Assembly (NCBI GenBank): GCA_964016885.1
Contig: OZ024741.1
Span: forward strand, 70,184,001-70,248,000
DNA length: 64,000 nucleotides
Direction: 5' to 3'
Origin: Eledone cirrhosa
Taxonomy: Eukaryota
Shown here: positions 46,581 to 60,581 of the stretch, piece by piece
Position numbering within the stretch: position 1 is the stretch's first letter
Layout of the letters: each line of letters opens with the position of its first letter
Made by a program: the position numbers and the translations under genes
Notes under the pieces: model-generated
Told to the model about the DNA's origin: nothing
Seen by the model: the letters and a program-made list of their open reading frames with translations, nothing else
The model's database searches: none

Positions 46581-47686
46581 CTTTCTTTTTATTTGCCACC
46601 AGGGCATCAAAGAGTGGGATAAGTACAATGGGGGGAGTTTACATAAAAAGGCGTCCTCAATAAGGAGGAGGCAATAACAAAATATAAAAATATAAAATAT
46701 AAAATATAACAAAAATAAATTGAATAACAAAATCCTCAATAGGGAGGAGGTGCCTTGGGAGGTCGCACACACCCCCGAAAAAAGTGTGCAATCCTTCTCC
46801 TCAGGAGCACACAGAGAGGGTGCTCCCTTGATCTTTCATCTTTCTCACCTATAGTCTGATGTAGAGTGAAGGCCCATTCACACGGCCATTCTCGCCACTT
46901 TCACCCATCTTTCATAAAAACGGCTGGGGTGCAGCACCTCTCTCTCCATCCTGATCCTTCTTCCGAAATGATATCGGAAGAAACGGACCAGTTGTTGGCC
47001 AGAGAGAAAGGTGTCTGACCTCAGTCCTTTCAGACGCGTCCACCATACAACCTCTTTCACAATGGCTATTACGCACAGAAACACTGCTTCTCCTTCGTTT
47101 TTGAAGAGAGGAGGCGGCTTGATCGTTACAATAGACTCGGTGGTTAACCGGATCGGTCCCACCTGTGACAGCAGTCGTTCGACATAGCCCCACAGATCGG
47201 CAATGCCCGAGCAGTGTACCAATGCGTGTGCAACGGTTTCCTCGTCGCACACGCATCTGGGACAGATCTTTTTCGAGGGGTCCCTACCCGGGCGCTCGTG
47301 TCTGTAGAGCCTTTCTCGAATGGGCAGAGCCCCTCGGTAGCACTGCCAGGCCAGGGACCTCTGGAAGTTATCCATAGGTCCCGGGCTGAATGTCCTACCG
47401 AACAGGTTGGCCAGTTCGTTTTCCTCCTTGCCTAGGGCTTCTCCGAGGGCGTCGTCGCACCTGCTAACCACCAGCCCTCTATAGAATGACGAGGTGGATT
47501 CTCCACTGACAGCCAGGTCCACCTGCCAGAGAGCCGTGAGCGCCTGGGCACACTCGGTGTGCCAGGCGCCCAGTTTTCTCGGTCTTTGCTTGACCCAGGA
47601 TTGCAGCTCGGTGAGCGAGACGAGTCTGGAAAAGGCTCGCCTCACAAACGGGGCCCACACCGGTTGACCGGTGAGGAATACCTGGA
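46581..47686 (-). mobile_element. Tx1/L1-clade LINE copy 3 (diverged subfamily)
   Basis: ORF 46878-47786 is homologous to the C-terminus of copy 1; (GATA)n flanks. Confidence 0.88.
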
Positions 47687-47723
47687 TAGGCAGATCGATA
47701 GATAGATAGATAGATATATAGAC

Positions 47724-47768
<45 letters not shown>

Positions 47769-47769
47769 T

Positions 47770-48161
47770 GTTTCTTTATTAGCCACAGGGGCACAAAAGA
47801 AGGGGACAAATACAAAGGGGGAAGTTTACATACAATAAAAACGTGTAAAATGTTATCACAGATGGAATTTAAAAGTTAGTCGATTTTCCCCAATAGAGGG
47901 AGACAGTTTATATGGGTAACACAGACCCCCGAAAAAAATGTGCAACCCTCATCTCCAGGAGTACGAAGAGCTTGTACTCCTTTCCTCTCCTCCTCCTTTT
48001 CCTCAACCTACAGGCTGATATAGAGAGAAGGCCCATTCACTCGGGCCATTCTCGCCACTTTCACCCACCTTTCATAAAACTTGCTGGGGTACAGCACCTC
48101 TCTCTCCATCCTGATTCTTCTTCCAAAGTGGTATTTGAAAAAAAGAATCAGTTGTTGATCG

Positions 48162-48196
<35 letters not shown>

Positions 48197-48303
48197 GAGT
48201 TATAAAGAACAAATGATTACTGAAATGTGGTATTTGAAAAAAAGAATCAGTTGTTGGCCGGAGAGAAAGGTGTCTGACCTCAGCCCTTTCAACTTTGTCC
48301 ACC

Positions 48304-48342
<39 letters not shown>

Positions 48343-48600
48343 TGTTTCTTTTTATTTGCCACCAGGGCATCAAAAAGTGGGACAAGTACAGTGGGGGGAG
48401 TTTACAAGAAAAGGCGAGTAAAGAAAATAAATAACAAATATAAAATTAACAATAAACTTAACAATAAGTCCTCAATAGGGAGGGGGCGTTTGGGGGGGGT
48501 CACCCCCCCCCCCGAAAAAAGTGTGCAACCCCTTCTCCTCAGGAGCACAGAGAGAGGGTGCTCCCTCGTTCCTTTCTCTTTTCCACCTACAGGCTTATGT

Positions 48601-48605
<5 letters not shown>
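47770..48605 (-). mobile_element. Short Tx1 3' fragments (47770-48157, 48227-48305, 48344-48605)
   Basis: Same 3'UTR and C-terminal sequence, separated by (GATA)n. Confidence 0.8.
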
Positions 48606-48670
<65 letters not shown>

Positions 48671-48853
48671 TTCCTTAAACATACAAAACTCATTTAAGAG
48701 ATTACGTCATTTGTTCACCCTAATTCTTGTACAAACTTTCACTCATAGACACATACATACACAGACAATCAAACACGCATACATATACACTCCTTCTAAA
48801 ACACACACGAGCCCACCGTTGCAGGTAAGAAACAACAGTTTTCGACACGTTTA

Positions 48854-48910
<57 letters not shown>

Positions 48911-48973
48911 TATATATATATGTGTGTGTGTGTGTGTATATATAATGCATATGTATGTATATATATATAATGC

Positions 48974-49057
<84 letters not shown>

Positions 49058-49059
49058 GC

Positions 49060-49096
<37 letters not shown>

Positions 49097-49372
49097 CATA
49101 TATATATACATATATATATACATATATATATACATATATATACATATATACATTCATATGTATATAAATATATGTATATTGTATATATATATATATATAT
49201 ATACATATATATACATATATATATACATATATATATATATCTACATATATATATACATATTTATTTACATATATATACATATATATACATATACGTGTAT
49301 ATACATATATATATATATATATATACATATATAAAGATATGTATATTGTATATATATATATATACATATATG

Positions 49373-49567
<195 letters not shown>

Positions 49568-50507
49568 AGAGAGAGGGAGATGTTATAGGGAAAATAGTGA
49601 TTGGGAGTTATTTGATGAGAAAAATGTGGAGGGACGGGGAGGAGATATTTTACCGAATATGATAGAGGGTCATGTGATAAAAGAAATGACCAATAGAAAG
49701 ACAGTAGGAGGGGCGGCCACAGACGGGGAGAAGAAGGGAAAGAAGGAAATAAATAATTGAACAAATAAACAAACAAATGAATGAAACACGAGACTTTGAC
49801 GGAGGAGAAGAAGAAATGTGTTAAACTTAAAAACCGAATGAAGAGATGTTTCCGAACAAATCTAATGTAAGGATGATGATGATGATGATGATGATGATGG
49901 TGGTGATGATGGTGATGATGATGGTGATGATGCGGAGGAGGAGGAGGAGGAGCAGGATGGTGGTGGTGGTGATGGTGGTGATGAAGATGATAGTATGGAT
50001 GATGAAAACGAATAATTATTATTATACAACTACTACTACCACTAAGACCACTACTACTACTACTGATAATGGTTTCTTATATAGGCACAAGGCCAGCAAT
50101 TTCGGGGAGAGGGGAAAGTCGATTAAATCGACCTCAGTGCGTGACTGGTACTTTATTTTATCGACCCCGTAAGGATGAAAGGCAAAGTTATCCTCGACGG
50201 GATTTGAACTCAGATAATAAAGGGACGTAACTCTATGCTGCAAAGCATGTTGTCCGACGCCCTACCGATACTGCCAATCTCCCGCCTTCATAGTAGTAGT
50301 AATAATAATAATTGTTTCTACATTTGGCACAAGGCCAGCAATTATCCAGTACATTACTGGTACTTTATTTTATCAGCCCCGTAAGGATGAAAGGCAAAGT
50401 TATCCTCGACGGGATTTGAACTCAGACCGTAAAGGGACGTAACTATGCTGGAAAGCATGGCGTCCGACTCTCTACCGATACTGCCAATCCACCGTAATAA
50501 TAATAAT

Positions 50508-51315
50508 GGTTTCTTTATTAGTTACACAGGACTTACATTAAAAGGACAATAAGGACGGTATAGGATGATACGTAGTGGGTTTATAAGGAAGAGTAGAAAA
50601 TAAACATTTAAAAAATCAAAACATAAGAAATATACATCTGAGGGTCACCCATGCAGAAAGCTCACAAAAAGCCACGGTAACCTTGACCGCCAGGGCAAGT
50701 GCCCTCTCTCAGATGTTCTCCAATTTACAGGCGCATATTCAGAGCAAGGCCATTCACTTGTATCATGCTCGCCTTTCTCACCCACCTTTCAGCAAACTGC
50801 TTGGAAGGCAGCATTTTCCTCGCCACCCTGACTTTTCTCTTCAGGTGAAATCTGGAAAAGTTAATTAGGACTTCGCTGAAGACATGGGCTTGTCTTCAAC
50901 CCTTTCAAGCGCATTCACCACACAACCTCTTTTGCCATGACCACCAGGCAGATATAAACTACCTGTCCTTCCCCTCAACGGTTTCGAAATCCTGCGAGCA
51001 TCTCGGACAGGCCCGGCTGACAGCACTTCCATGTGGAGTTTATTTTGCACTGGCAAAGTCCCTCTGTAGCACTGCCAGACCAGGGATTTCTGGAAGTTAT
51101 CCACGGGCCCTGGAATGAAAGTCATTTGGAGAAGAGTAGCTAGTTGATTTTCGTCAACCCCTAGAGTTTCCCCAAGTATGTCGTCATTTTACTCGCCACA
51201 AACCACTACAGAAAGTTATGGTGGGATTTCCACCGATTGCCTGAGGGCTGTGAGCGCTTGGCGACATACCAGTTACCAAGCGCCCCTCTCGGTCTTCGCT
51301 TGACCCAGGACTGCT
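50508..51315 (-). pseudogene. Degenerate Tx1-related LINE 3' fragment
   Basis: PGPVDNFQKSLVWQCYRGTLPV is homologous to copies 1-3; ends in AATAAAGAAAC plus (ATT)n. Confidence 0.75.
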
Positions 51316-51476
51316 AATTACTTATTTTAAGATTTAGTCTGTTTAAAACCTGAAGCAGTTATATAATGAGGGATATCATTTTACTTGCATAAAAAAATGT
51401 AAGTAAATAAATAAATATCTTTTACCCTTTTACCTGTTCCAGCCATTCGGCTGAGGCCATTCCTTGTTAAGAAAAT

Positions 51477-51588
51477 ACTTACAGTACCTAGGTTTACCCA
51501 AGCGGTCACCCATCTAACTACTAACTAGACTTAACGTTGCTTAACCTCGGACGGGAACCGGTGTTTTCAGCGTGATATGGCCGTAAAT
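51477..51588 (-). pseudogene. 5S rRNA pseudogene
   Basis: TACGGCCATATCACGCTGAAAACACCGGTTCCCGTCCGA..GTTAAGCAACG..GATGGGTGACCGCTTGGG..CTGTAAG, with an internal deletion relative to 5S. Confidence 0.85.
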
Positions 51589-52057
51589 AAATATATAAAC
51601 AAATTATATATTCATCTTTCATTTATATCGTAGTGTAAAGATGTTCGTTGTACCTTCTGCGCCATGGCTGCTGACACAACTCCATTGCAAATATATAAAT
51701 AGATGTAAGAAATGTCTAAAAGGGGTTTTTTAATGGTTAAATGACTTTCCTCTGATATAAGAATATTGACGTGTATTTTTGACACCTTGAACAATGAATA
51801 AATTTAAAACACTGGTTGTATCAGCTTGTATTGCTTCAGTATAATTGTTTCTACTTTAGGCACAAGGCCAACAATTAACCAGTACATTACTGGTACTTTA
51901 TTTTATCGACCTCGTAAGGATGAAAGGCAAAGTTAACCTCGGCGGGATTTGAATTTGTATTGCTTCAGTATAATGTGAGTAGGTAATTATATGTTTAATA
52001 TATGCTTGTGTGTATGTATATATATATGTGTGTGTGTGTGTGTATGTGTGTGTATGA

Positions 52058-52140
<83 letters not shown>

Positions 52141-52328
52141 TATGTGTTTGTATAAAGTTATATCTGTATAATACAAAAGTATGTAACCGAAACTGCACCA
52201 ATATGTATAAATATACAAAATGTATACACGTTCGTGCAGTCTCGGTTACACACTATGTATTTATACAGATATAAAATTATGTATATATATATATATATAT
52301 ATTTATATATAAATAAATAAATAAATAA

Positions 52329-52406
<78 letters not shown>

Positions 52407-52510
52407 ATATATTATGGAATACTGTTAGCTTCTCGCTACAACAATTTCTATACTTTTCATTAATACGTTAGTAAATTGTATTCCGATGCATCACTGATTC
52501 TTCGTTTTCC

Positions 52511-52547
<37 letters not shown>

Positions 52548-53165
52548 CGAAGGAAATGTGGTAAGGAACCAGATGGACCATAACGCACCAAAGTACTCAA
52601 TACTTAGGGTAGTAGAGTGGGTAATAGGAACAAGTAGGACCCCGGCGGCTGAGCTCAAGCCGTTTCGACGGCAAATTCTGGACAATTGAGTCCAGAATTA
52701 GCCGTCGAAACGGCTTGAGCTCAGCCGTCGGGGTCCTACTTGTTCCTATATATATATATATATATATACATTTAATATAGAAATGGCTTCTACAGGACTA
52801 GAACTGTTTTATTCGGAGGAAATCACCAGGAAAGCCCATGATGATTTCCTCGTCCTGTAGACGCCATTTCTATATTAAATATTTATACTCTGCTATGTAT
52901 TGAGTACTTTACTTACTGTGGTTACCGCCGATTGAAGCCGGGATAAACATATATATATATATTTATAGAATTTTATCAATAAATAAATTACTTTAAAATA
53001 TGAGTGAAAGTGACGTTCGAAGGAATATCCTCCACTACCAACTGCCCCGGCCGACAGAATGGAGGAAGTTAATCACTGTCTTCATGTTTAGGTTTTATTC
53101 TTGTTCGATGGATTGCATACATACAAACTGATAGTTGAAGATTCACGTATCGAGTGAGGGAAATA

Positions 53166-53559
53166 TCTATATATATAAAGTTGTAGTTCCTGTCTGTTTG
53201 TTTGTTTGTTCACGAACTCCTCCTATGGTTTTGGAGATAGACCCCCATAACCATATATATTATGAAACTACATTGCCCAGGTTATTTGGATAAGTATATT
53301 TCATTTTAATCAAAGGGTTCCCCGGGCGCACAAACCCCTGCTGAAAAGTTTTTCTTTTCGAATTATATGAAATTTGAAACATAGGTAAATGACAAGATAT
53401 GATGCATATTCACATAAAAAAATTCAGCAAATTTCTATATTAAGACACGATAATGGAGTTTTTCTCCATAAATTATATCACTGATTTTAAATCAATCATC
53501 ATTTTCTTACAAAAAAAAAAAAAAAATGAAACGCAGCAAGGCGCGGGTAATTCGGCTAG
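53166..53559 (+). mobile_element. Non-autonomous Helitron
   Basis: A|TCTATATATATAAAG start, (GTTT)n near the 5' end, GC-rich subterminal motif and CTAG|T end. Confidence 0.7.
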
Positions 53560-54058
53560 TATATTATAAAGAGAAAGTTGAAGTGAAAATTAAAGACAAA
53601 ATTCTAAAAAGAAGTATTAAGGGGAAATACATAATATAATTGTTTCTGATTTAGGCACGAGGCCAACTATTTGGGAGGGGAGGCTATTAAATCGATTCCA
53701 GTGCATTACTGGTACTTTATTTATCAACTCCGTAAGGATGAAAGGGAAAGCTAACCTCGGTGGGATTTGAACTAAGAACGTAAAGGGCCATAACTCTATG
53801 TAGCCAAGCATGTTGTTCGACGCTCTACCGATTCTGCCTATGTGGAGAATGATTAGGAAAGTGAAAACTGGCTGAATTGCAATTGGCATAATCCAAATTG
53901 TCTGAAAATGTTTCCTCTTTAACAATTAGTAAAAGAGACAATTATTCATAGAGAAGGTCGTCGCTTGATCTAAGTAATTCACAAGGATTTGTTGTATGCT
54001 TGTTGCCACACAGAGAACTGACATTTTCGACATTATTACCTTACAGGTAACATTATTG

Positions 54059-54626
54059 TTGGCAGTATCGGTAGAGGGTCGGACGCCATGCTTTCAGCAT
54101 AGTTACGTCCCTTTACGATCTGAGTTCAAATCCCGCCGAGGTTGACTTTGCCTTTCATCCTTACGGGGTCGATAAAATAAAGTACCAGTAATGCACTGGG
54201 TAATTGCTGGCCTTGTGCCTAAAGTAGAAACAATTATTGATTTGGCAGTATCGGTAGAGGGTCGGGCGCCATTGTTTGACGCATAGAGTTACGGCCCTTG
54301 CCATTCTAAGTTCAAATTCCGCTAAGGTTAACGTTGCCTTTCATCCTTACGGGGTCGATAAAATAAAGTACCAGTAATGCACTGGGTAATTGCTGGCCTT
54401 GTGCCAAAAGTAGAAACAATTATTGATAAAGGGCGGTGGATTGGCAAAATTGGTGGAGCGTCGGACACCATGCTTTGTAGCATAGAGTTATGGCTCTTTA
54501 TATTCTGAGTTCAAATCCTGCGACAGTTAGCTTTACCTTTCATCCTTACGGCGTCGATAAAATATAGTACCAGTAATGTACTGGGATAATTGCTCGCCTT
54601 GTGCTAAAAGTAGAAACTATTATTGA
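54059..54626 (+). mobile_element. Three head-to-tail SINE family 1 copies
   Basis: Units start ~54059, 54243 and 54430, each ending GTAGAAAC(A/T)ATTATTG. Confidence 0.85.
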
Positions 54627-55750
54627 TAATCACGTATGTACAAAATATTTACATGTGATACAATCGTTCTACTTTCCTAGATTGAAACAAGGCGGCTTAG
54701 TGATTACGGTATTCGATTCACGATCGTAAGGTGTTTGTGTGTTAGATTCTCGTCGGCGTGTTGTTTAATTCATTGGGTCAGTCTTGTCACAGACTAGGAC
54801 ACGCTGAATCTCCCTGAGAATTACGCTAAGTATGCATATGTCTGTGAAATGCTCAGCTGCATGCACGTTTATTTCACGAGCAGGCTATTCCGCTGTTCGA
54901 ACAACTGGAACACTCTTCGTCGAAAGTGACGGAGGTTCAAGACATTCCTATTGCAAAGGGATCGCTTTACTTTATATATAAAACACAGTACTGGAAATAA
55001 AGCTATTTTTCTATTCGCCTTTCACCTCTAGACGAATACTTTATCTATTTGTCGTCTTAGACGGCAATAAAGTTACTATAAATGTCTATTTGTTTTGTTT
55101 TGTTTGCTTATTTGTTTGCGTTGTTTTTACCAGATTTTTTTTCAGAAGCGGTCGATAAATTCGTTTTCTTTATTTGAGTGCTATATTTAGTGTATTTATC
55201 TGATCGAAATTCTTTGTGAAATAACAATGTTCCTTTTATCTATTATTTTTATTTTTACCTTTTTTCTTATTAAAATAAAATACCCCGATCAAAAAGATCA
55301 AATGATATAGGTACAAAACACGACTTGCAATAAGCTCACATCTAAAGTATTTTATTGGCATCTAAAAGTATCATCTATATACAAAACTATGAGTACAAAA
55401 TAAAACGAAAATTAAACTAGTCGTTGATACTAGAAGTGTTAAATTCAATTATGACTGAGCCCGTAAAGCATATTATATTCCATGTTGGCGGCGAATTGGC
55501 AGATGTGATAAAACGCTGGATAAAAGGCTTCGTTGTATTCGTTTCAGCTCTCAGCATTCTGAGTTCAAATCAGGACAAGGTCAACTTTGCCTTTCATTTT
55601 TCGAGGTCGATAAATAAAGTACCAGTATTGGAGTTGATACTCCTCCTCTCACATTCTCTTGCTCAGAATCCATCAGATGTTCAAATCCCATAGATTATAT
55701 TTCATTTTTCTGAAATAAATATCTATTATATAAATGTAATTTTTATAATT

Positions 55751-55845
<95 letters not shown>

Positions 55846-56786
55846 TAAGCATGAATCCAAGTTGTAGCCGCAATATAGCAGATACTAATCAAATTGTTTG
55901 AGACGGTCACAATTTTTAATTCCGACATTATTTTTATAAGGATACCCCTATAAATATATTTTTAGATGTAGATTGATAATCTTTAAATGACATTCTGAAA
56001 ATTTATCCTCTTTACGATAGTTCTTCGAAAAACACATCACATTTTTCCTCTCTTTTTTTGTTATTCAAACATTCACACATCTTTCGACTAAAATAATGGA
56101 TGTCACACAAAATAATATATAATTTTCTCTAATTTAATGGTTAACAAACAAAATTGGAGTTATCTTTCCTTTCTCAAGCGTGCAAACATAAACACATTAT
56201 GTTTGATAATCTGTATAGCTTCGCTAAATTAACAATATTCTGAAAACATTTTCAAAATTTTTGAATCCACAAATTGTTCTACTCTCACAACTTGAACCAC
56301 CTATTTTTTAAGTAAAATACAAATTCAACTTCCTTCGTAACTCATATTTGATATATAAACAACTAATACGTACGCAATTTATTAATATATATATAGATAT
56401 TTATATACATATAACCTATCGTAATGTAATAAGATAAAAATACCTACAACCATAATTCTTCATATAATCTAATTGATTATATATACAATATTATAACTCA
56501 TAATATAGGTAAATAAATCTTTCCTCCCAAATTAACCTAAATGTTAGCTCTTCTTCCTTTCTCTTCTTTCCTATGCATACAATAACTTATCATAATTATT
56601 TTAATTTTCCATAGCGTCTAAAATAACGTTTTTTTCAGCCCTTTTACCTAAACCTCATTTGCATACTCATCTTAATCATTTGAAATATCTGACTTTTCTT
56701 CTATTTTCCCTTCACTATCCAAGGATAACTTGAACCGTTAAGGTATATTCTCCTTGGTTATGTCAAAATTTATAAAACACACTTCG

Positions 56787-56847
56787 TATTTTATCTGATG
56801 ATAGCGTACCAAAATATTGGTACCCTTGAAATATATATAATAGAATA
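56787..56847 (+). ncRNA. Type I hammerhead ribozyme (family B, non-inverted copy ending ~56980)
   Basis: tattttat-CTGATGA-tagcgtaccaa/ttggtaccctt-GAAA-tatata-TA-atagaata. Confidence 0.7.
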
Positions 56848-56977
56848 AATATGGTTTTATAAATATAGTTTCCATTTATTTAGTATATTATACTCGAGAA
56901 AATCTGTTGCGTGCTCTGAATCAGTTATAAACATTTATATTTGTTGAATTACCAACAAATTGAATATCCCTTCTGCT

Positions 56978-57053
<76 letters not shown>

Positions 57054-58197
57054 CTGTATTTCTTTATATCAAATAATAATAATAATTATAACATGTGGAA
57101 GATATTGCAAAGAGCCAGATGGAATTTCATATAAAGTTGTATCTATATATATACGGAATAGAGTTAATCGAGATTGCGTAAATGTGTATATAAGATTACA
57201 CATTTTAAATATATAGACATGGAAACATACAAAATATATGTATTTCTCTGTAGACTGAAACAATGATAAATACCTTGATCGAGCAATGTCAGGTCCTCAT
57301 TAGAAGACATGTATATTATTTAAGCAACCACAAAGAAATACGTAACTAAGGGGCATATATACCCTATGACTTATAATAGTATCCTAAAATGGACGTATTG
57401 ATTTGCATATTATTAGCTATCGTGTTGTTATTTAAATAAAATATATATTAAATTGTCTGCTAAACAGCCCAAATAAATGATAAAATTATATCTGTAAATA
57501 TACAGAATAGAAATAACTGAGACTGCGTAATTGTGCATATAAATTTATACATTTTTAGTAAATAGACATTAAACAGGCCAAATATACGTAGTTCATATCT
57601 GTCTGTCTGTCCCCCCCCCCCTCTCTCTCTCCAGCTCCCCGCCCCCTCTCTCCCTGCATGTATCTCTCTTTCTCTGTCTCAGCGTGTCTGTACTAAGCCA
57701 CTCTCAAACACAAGGTTCTAAAAACCTTCGCTAAGTACAAACCACTACCTCCCTACGGACAACTGACGCCGCACACCAGGTCCGAACACGGAAGAGCCGA
57801 ACTCCTACTCTCATCGCCTACATCTCTCTGTATTATGAGCAAATGGAGTCCCACGTGCTGGCCGCCCCACGGCTCCGGCGGACAGATTGAAAACATGATT
57901 TTTGAACCTAGTTAGGCAGCACAAAACTTGATATATATCTTAATTAAATTCCAACATGAAGACTAGTAATATGCAAATTAGTACTTCCATTTCAGGACAC
58001 TACTATAAGTGATAGGGTATATAAGCCCCTCGGTTTTCGTATTTTCTTGTAGTTGTGTAGATGATATACATACCTTCTGCAGAGGAAGGAATCCAAATAG
58101 GTTAGAAAATCGATTTACGGTATTCATAATTTTTTAAATTCATAATATATACTTATATACGCACACACTCATATAGGTATCTGTGTGTGTATAAAAA

Positions 58198-58296
<99 letters not shown>

Positions 58297-59093
58297 CAGA
58301 CACATATATAATCTTAATTTGGTAAAGCTTAAACTGTTCTCATTATCAGCTGTCGTTTGCAACATGGCGGTGACGGTTCTCATGACATGATGATCAGAAA
58401 CACGTCTTTGTGATTGTAAGAACGCAACAGTCTTGCAACTGAAGCTAACATTTAAAAAAAAATATAACAAACGAACAAAAAAAACAACAAAAAAAACCAA
58501 CAGCAACAGAAATAAAACTTTTCTTTATATTTATTATTTTCCAACGACCCAATTCCCTTTGACGATGTTTTAGGGATGTTAAGAGTGTTTTGCACTGGAG
58601 GAAATTAGTTTTTAACTTATATTTTCCCCTCGTAAACCGCTTCTTCTTTGAAGTATGAACTACCACCTCCAACAGGAATTTGATTAGTTTTTAGGGGTTT
58701 TTTTTTTGGTTAATGAATAACAAGACTTGCCCCACAGTTAGCATTTTTTGTTTAGATGAAAGCATAATTTTATATAATACAAACGTTAAACTGTTATAAA
58801 ATGCGTTAGTAGAAAGCCTGCATCTTATAATTCATGTCATCAAATGGCTGATAATAATGTCATTCATCTACAAAGACTATTTCTCCAATGGTTCTGGCTT
58901 ATCTGAATCAGCAAGTAGTGTACCGCCCCTGCCCATGCTTAGTGGATGCACTCGCCTTTCTTCTTCTAATCATCCTGATTGTGTTTCGCCCCCCAAGTGG
59001 CATATAAACACTTAGCCTAATCTAAACCTCTCCCCAATCACAAATAACTGCAATCCCGTAGAACATTCCCCCCTTTTGTAAACTCATCATTTA

Positions 59094-59230
<137 letters not shown>

Positions 59231-59470
59231 TAACTATCTACCTATGCCTGACTTCTGTTATTTTTATTGTTCTATGCACAGGCAAACAAACACACACACA
59301 CACATACCCGCCCCGGCCCCCCACACACACACTCATATGTATATCTATATATTTATATATATAAGTATTGAAGTTTCCGTTGAAAATTGAAAAAGTCAGA
59401 GGAATGAAGAGTGCTCTATGTAAGTTACAGAGCTAAATATTTAATGTATAATAAACAATACAGAATAATT

Positions 59471-59540
59471 ACCTCATTACCAAAGGTTTCCCGAATAAGA
59501 CGAATACAAGAAACGTCCGCATTCGTTCGTCAGACAAGGC
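59471..59540 (-). ncRNA. Type I hammerhead ribozyme (left arm of element 59362-59965)
   Basis: Exact inverted copy of 59862-59931. Confidence 0.75.
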
Positions 59541-59861
59541 AATTTAAAACATAGTGAAATATTTGATATATGTATTTGTGGTCACACATACACTAATATG
59601 TTTGCCCTCATGTATGTACTTACACACACATTTTTTCACTATACACATGCAGTTGTACATACACATACATGTACATATGTACATATGTACATATGTACAT
59701 ATGTATGTACATATACACACATTCTCACACATCCCCTTACTATATTTCTTTATTTTTATTTTTTATACATTTCTTGTATTATTACTTTTATTTATTTTTT
59801 GCCCATTAAACTTTTAGCCTTTCTTGGGGAGATTTTAAAATATTTCACTATGTTTTAAATT

Positions 59862-59931
59862 GCCTTGTCTGACGAACGAATGCGGACGTTTCTTGTATTC
59901 GTCTTATTCGGGAAACCTTTGGTAATGAGGT
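59862..59931 (+). ncRNA. Type I hammerhead ribozyme (right arm)
   Basis: gccttgt-CTGACGA-acgaat..attcgg-GAAA-cctttgg-TA-atgaggt. Confidence 0.75.
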
Positions 59932-60099
59932 AATTATATTGTATTGTTTATTATACATTAAATATATATATATATGTATGTATTTCGTTTTTTGTATTTT
60001 TTTTGCAAGATTTGTTATGTGAAAACATGTGTTGAAAGAAATATCGTTATACTTTGGAAGGGCCATGCTGCCAATAAAAACACATTCCCATTTGAGTTT

Positions 60100-60581
60100 C
60101 ACCAGGCCAGGGAGAGGCATTCCACAATCCATTTCTTCAATGGCCAAAATGACCAGAGTCATACGGACCCTAGAAAACCATGAACAATTAATAAAATTGG
60201 TTGCATATGCAGTTGGAGCAAGTATAAGATTAACTCTTAAAGGACATATATTTAACTTCAAAGGCAAAACATATGCTCAGGAAGAGGGGCAGACATTGGT
60301 GTCAGCATTGCTGGAGATGTGGCCAGCCTCTTTATGGTATGGTTGGACAGGAGACTAAAGGAACGCCTAGAAGAGAACACTATAGCCCAGACTATGTACT
60401 CCCGCTATGTAGACGACATCAATACAGTAGTAAAAAGACAGGAATTAAAAATTGACATTATGGAAAGCATCCAGCAAATAGCAAACTCCATCTACCAGAG
60501 TATGAAAGTTACTGTTGACTACCCGACAGAACGTCCCAACCATAGATTACCTGGTTAGCGTCTAACTCTGGTTAGACGCTA
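60100..60581 (+). pseudogene. Penelope-like reverse transcriptase remnant, part 1
   Basis: HIFNFKGKTYAQEEG / IGVSIAGDVASLFMVWLD / YSRYVDDI / IANSIYQSMKVTVDYP; frameshifted. Confidence 0.7.

Noticed and set aside
58350-58400. AACATGGCG start or YY1-like motif suggesting a gene 5' end
   Set aside because: Frame closes after 8 codons; no splice donor or other support.
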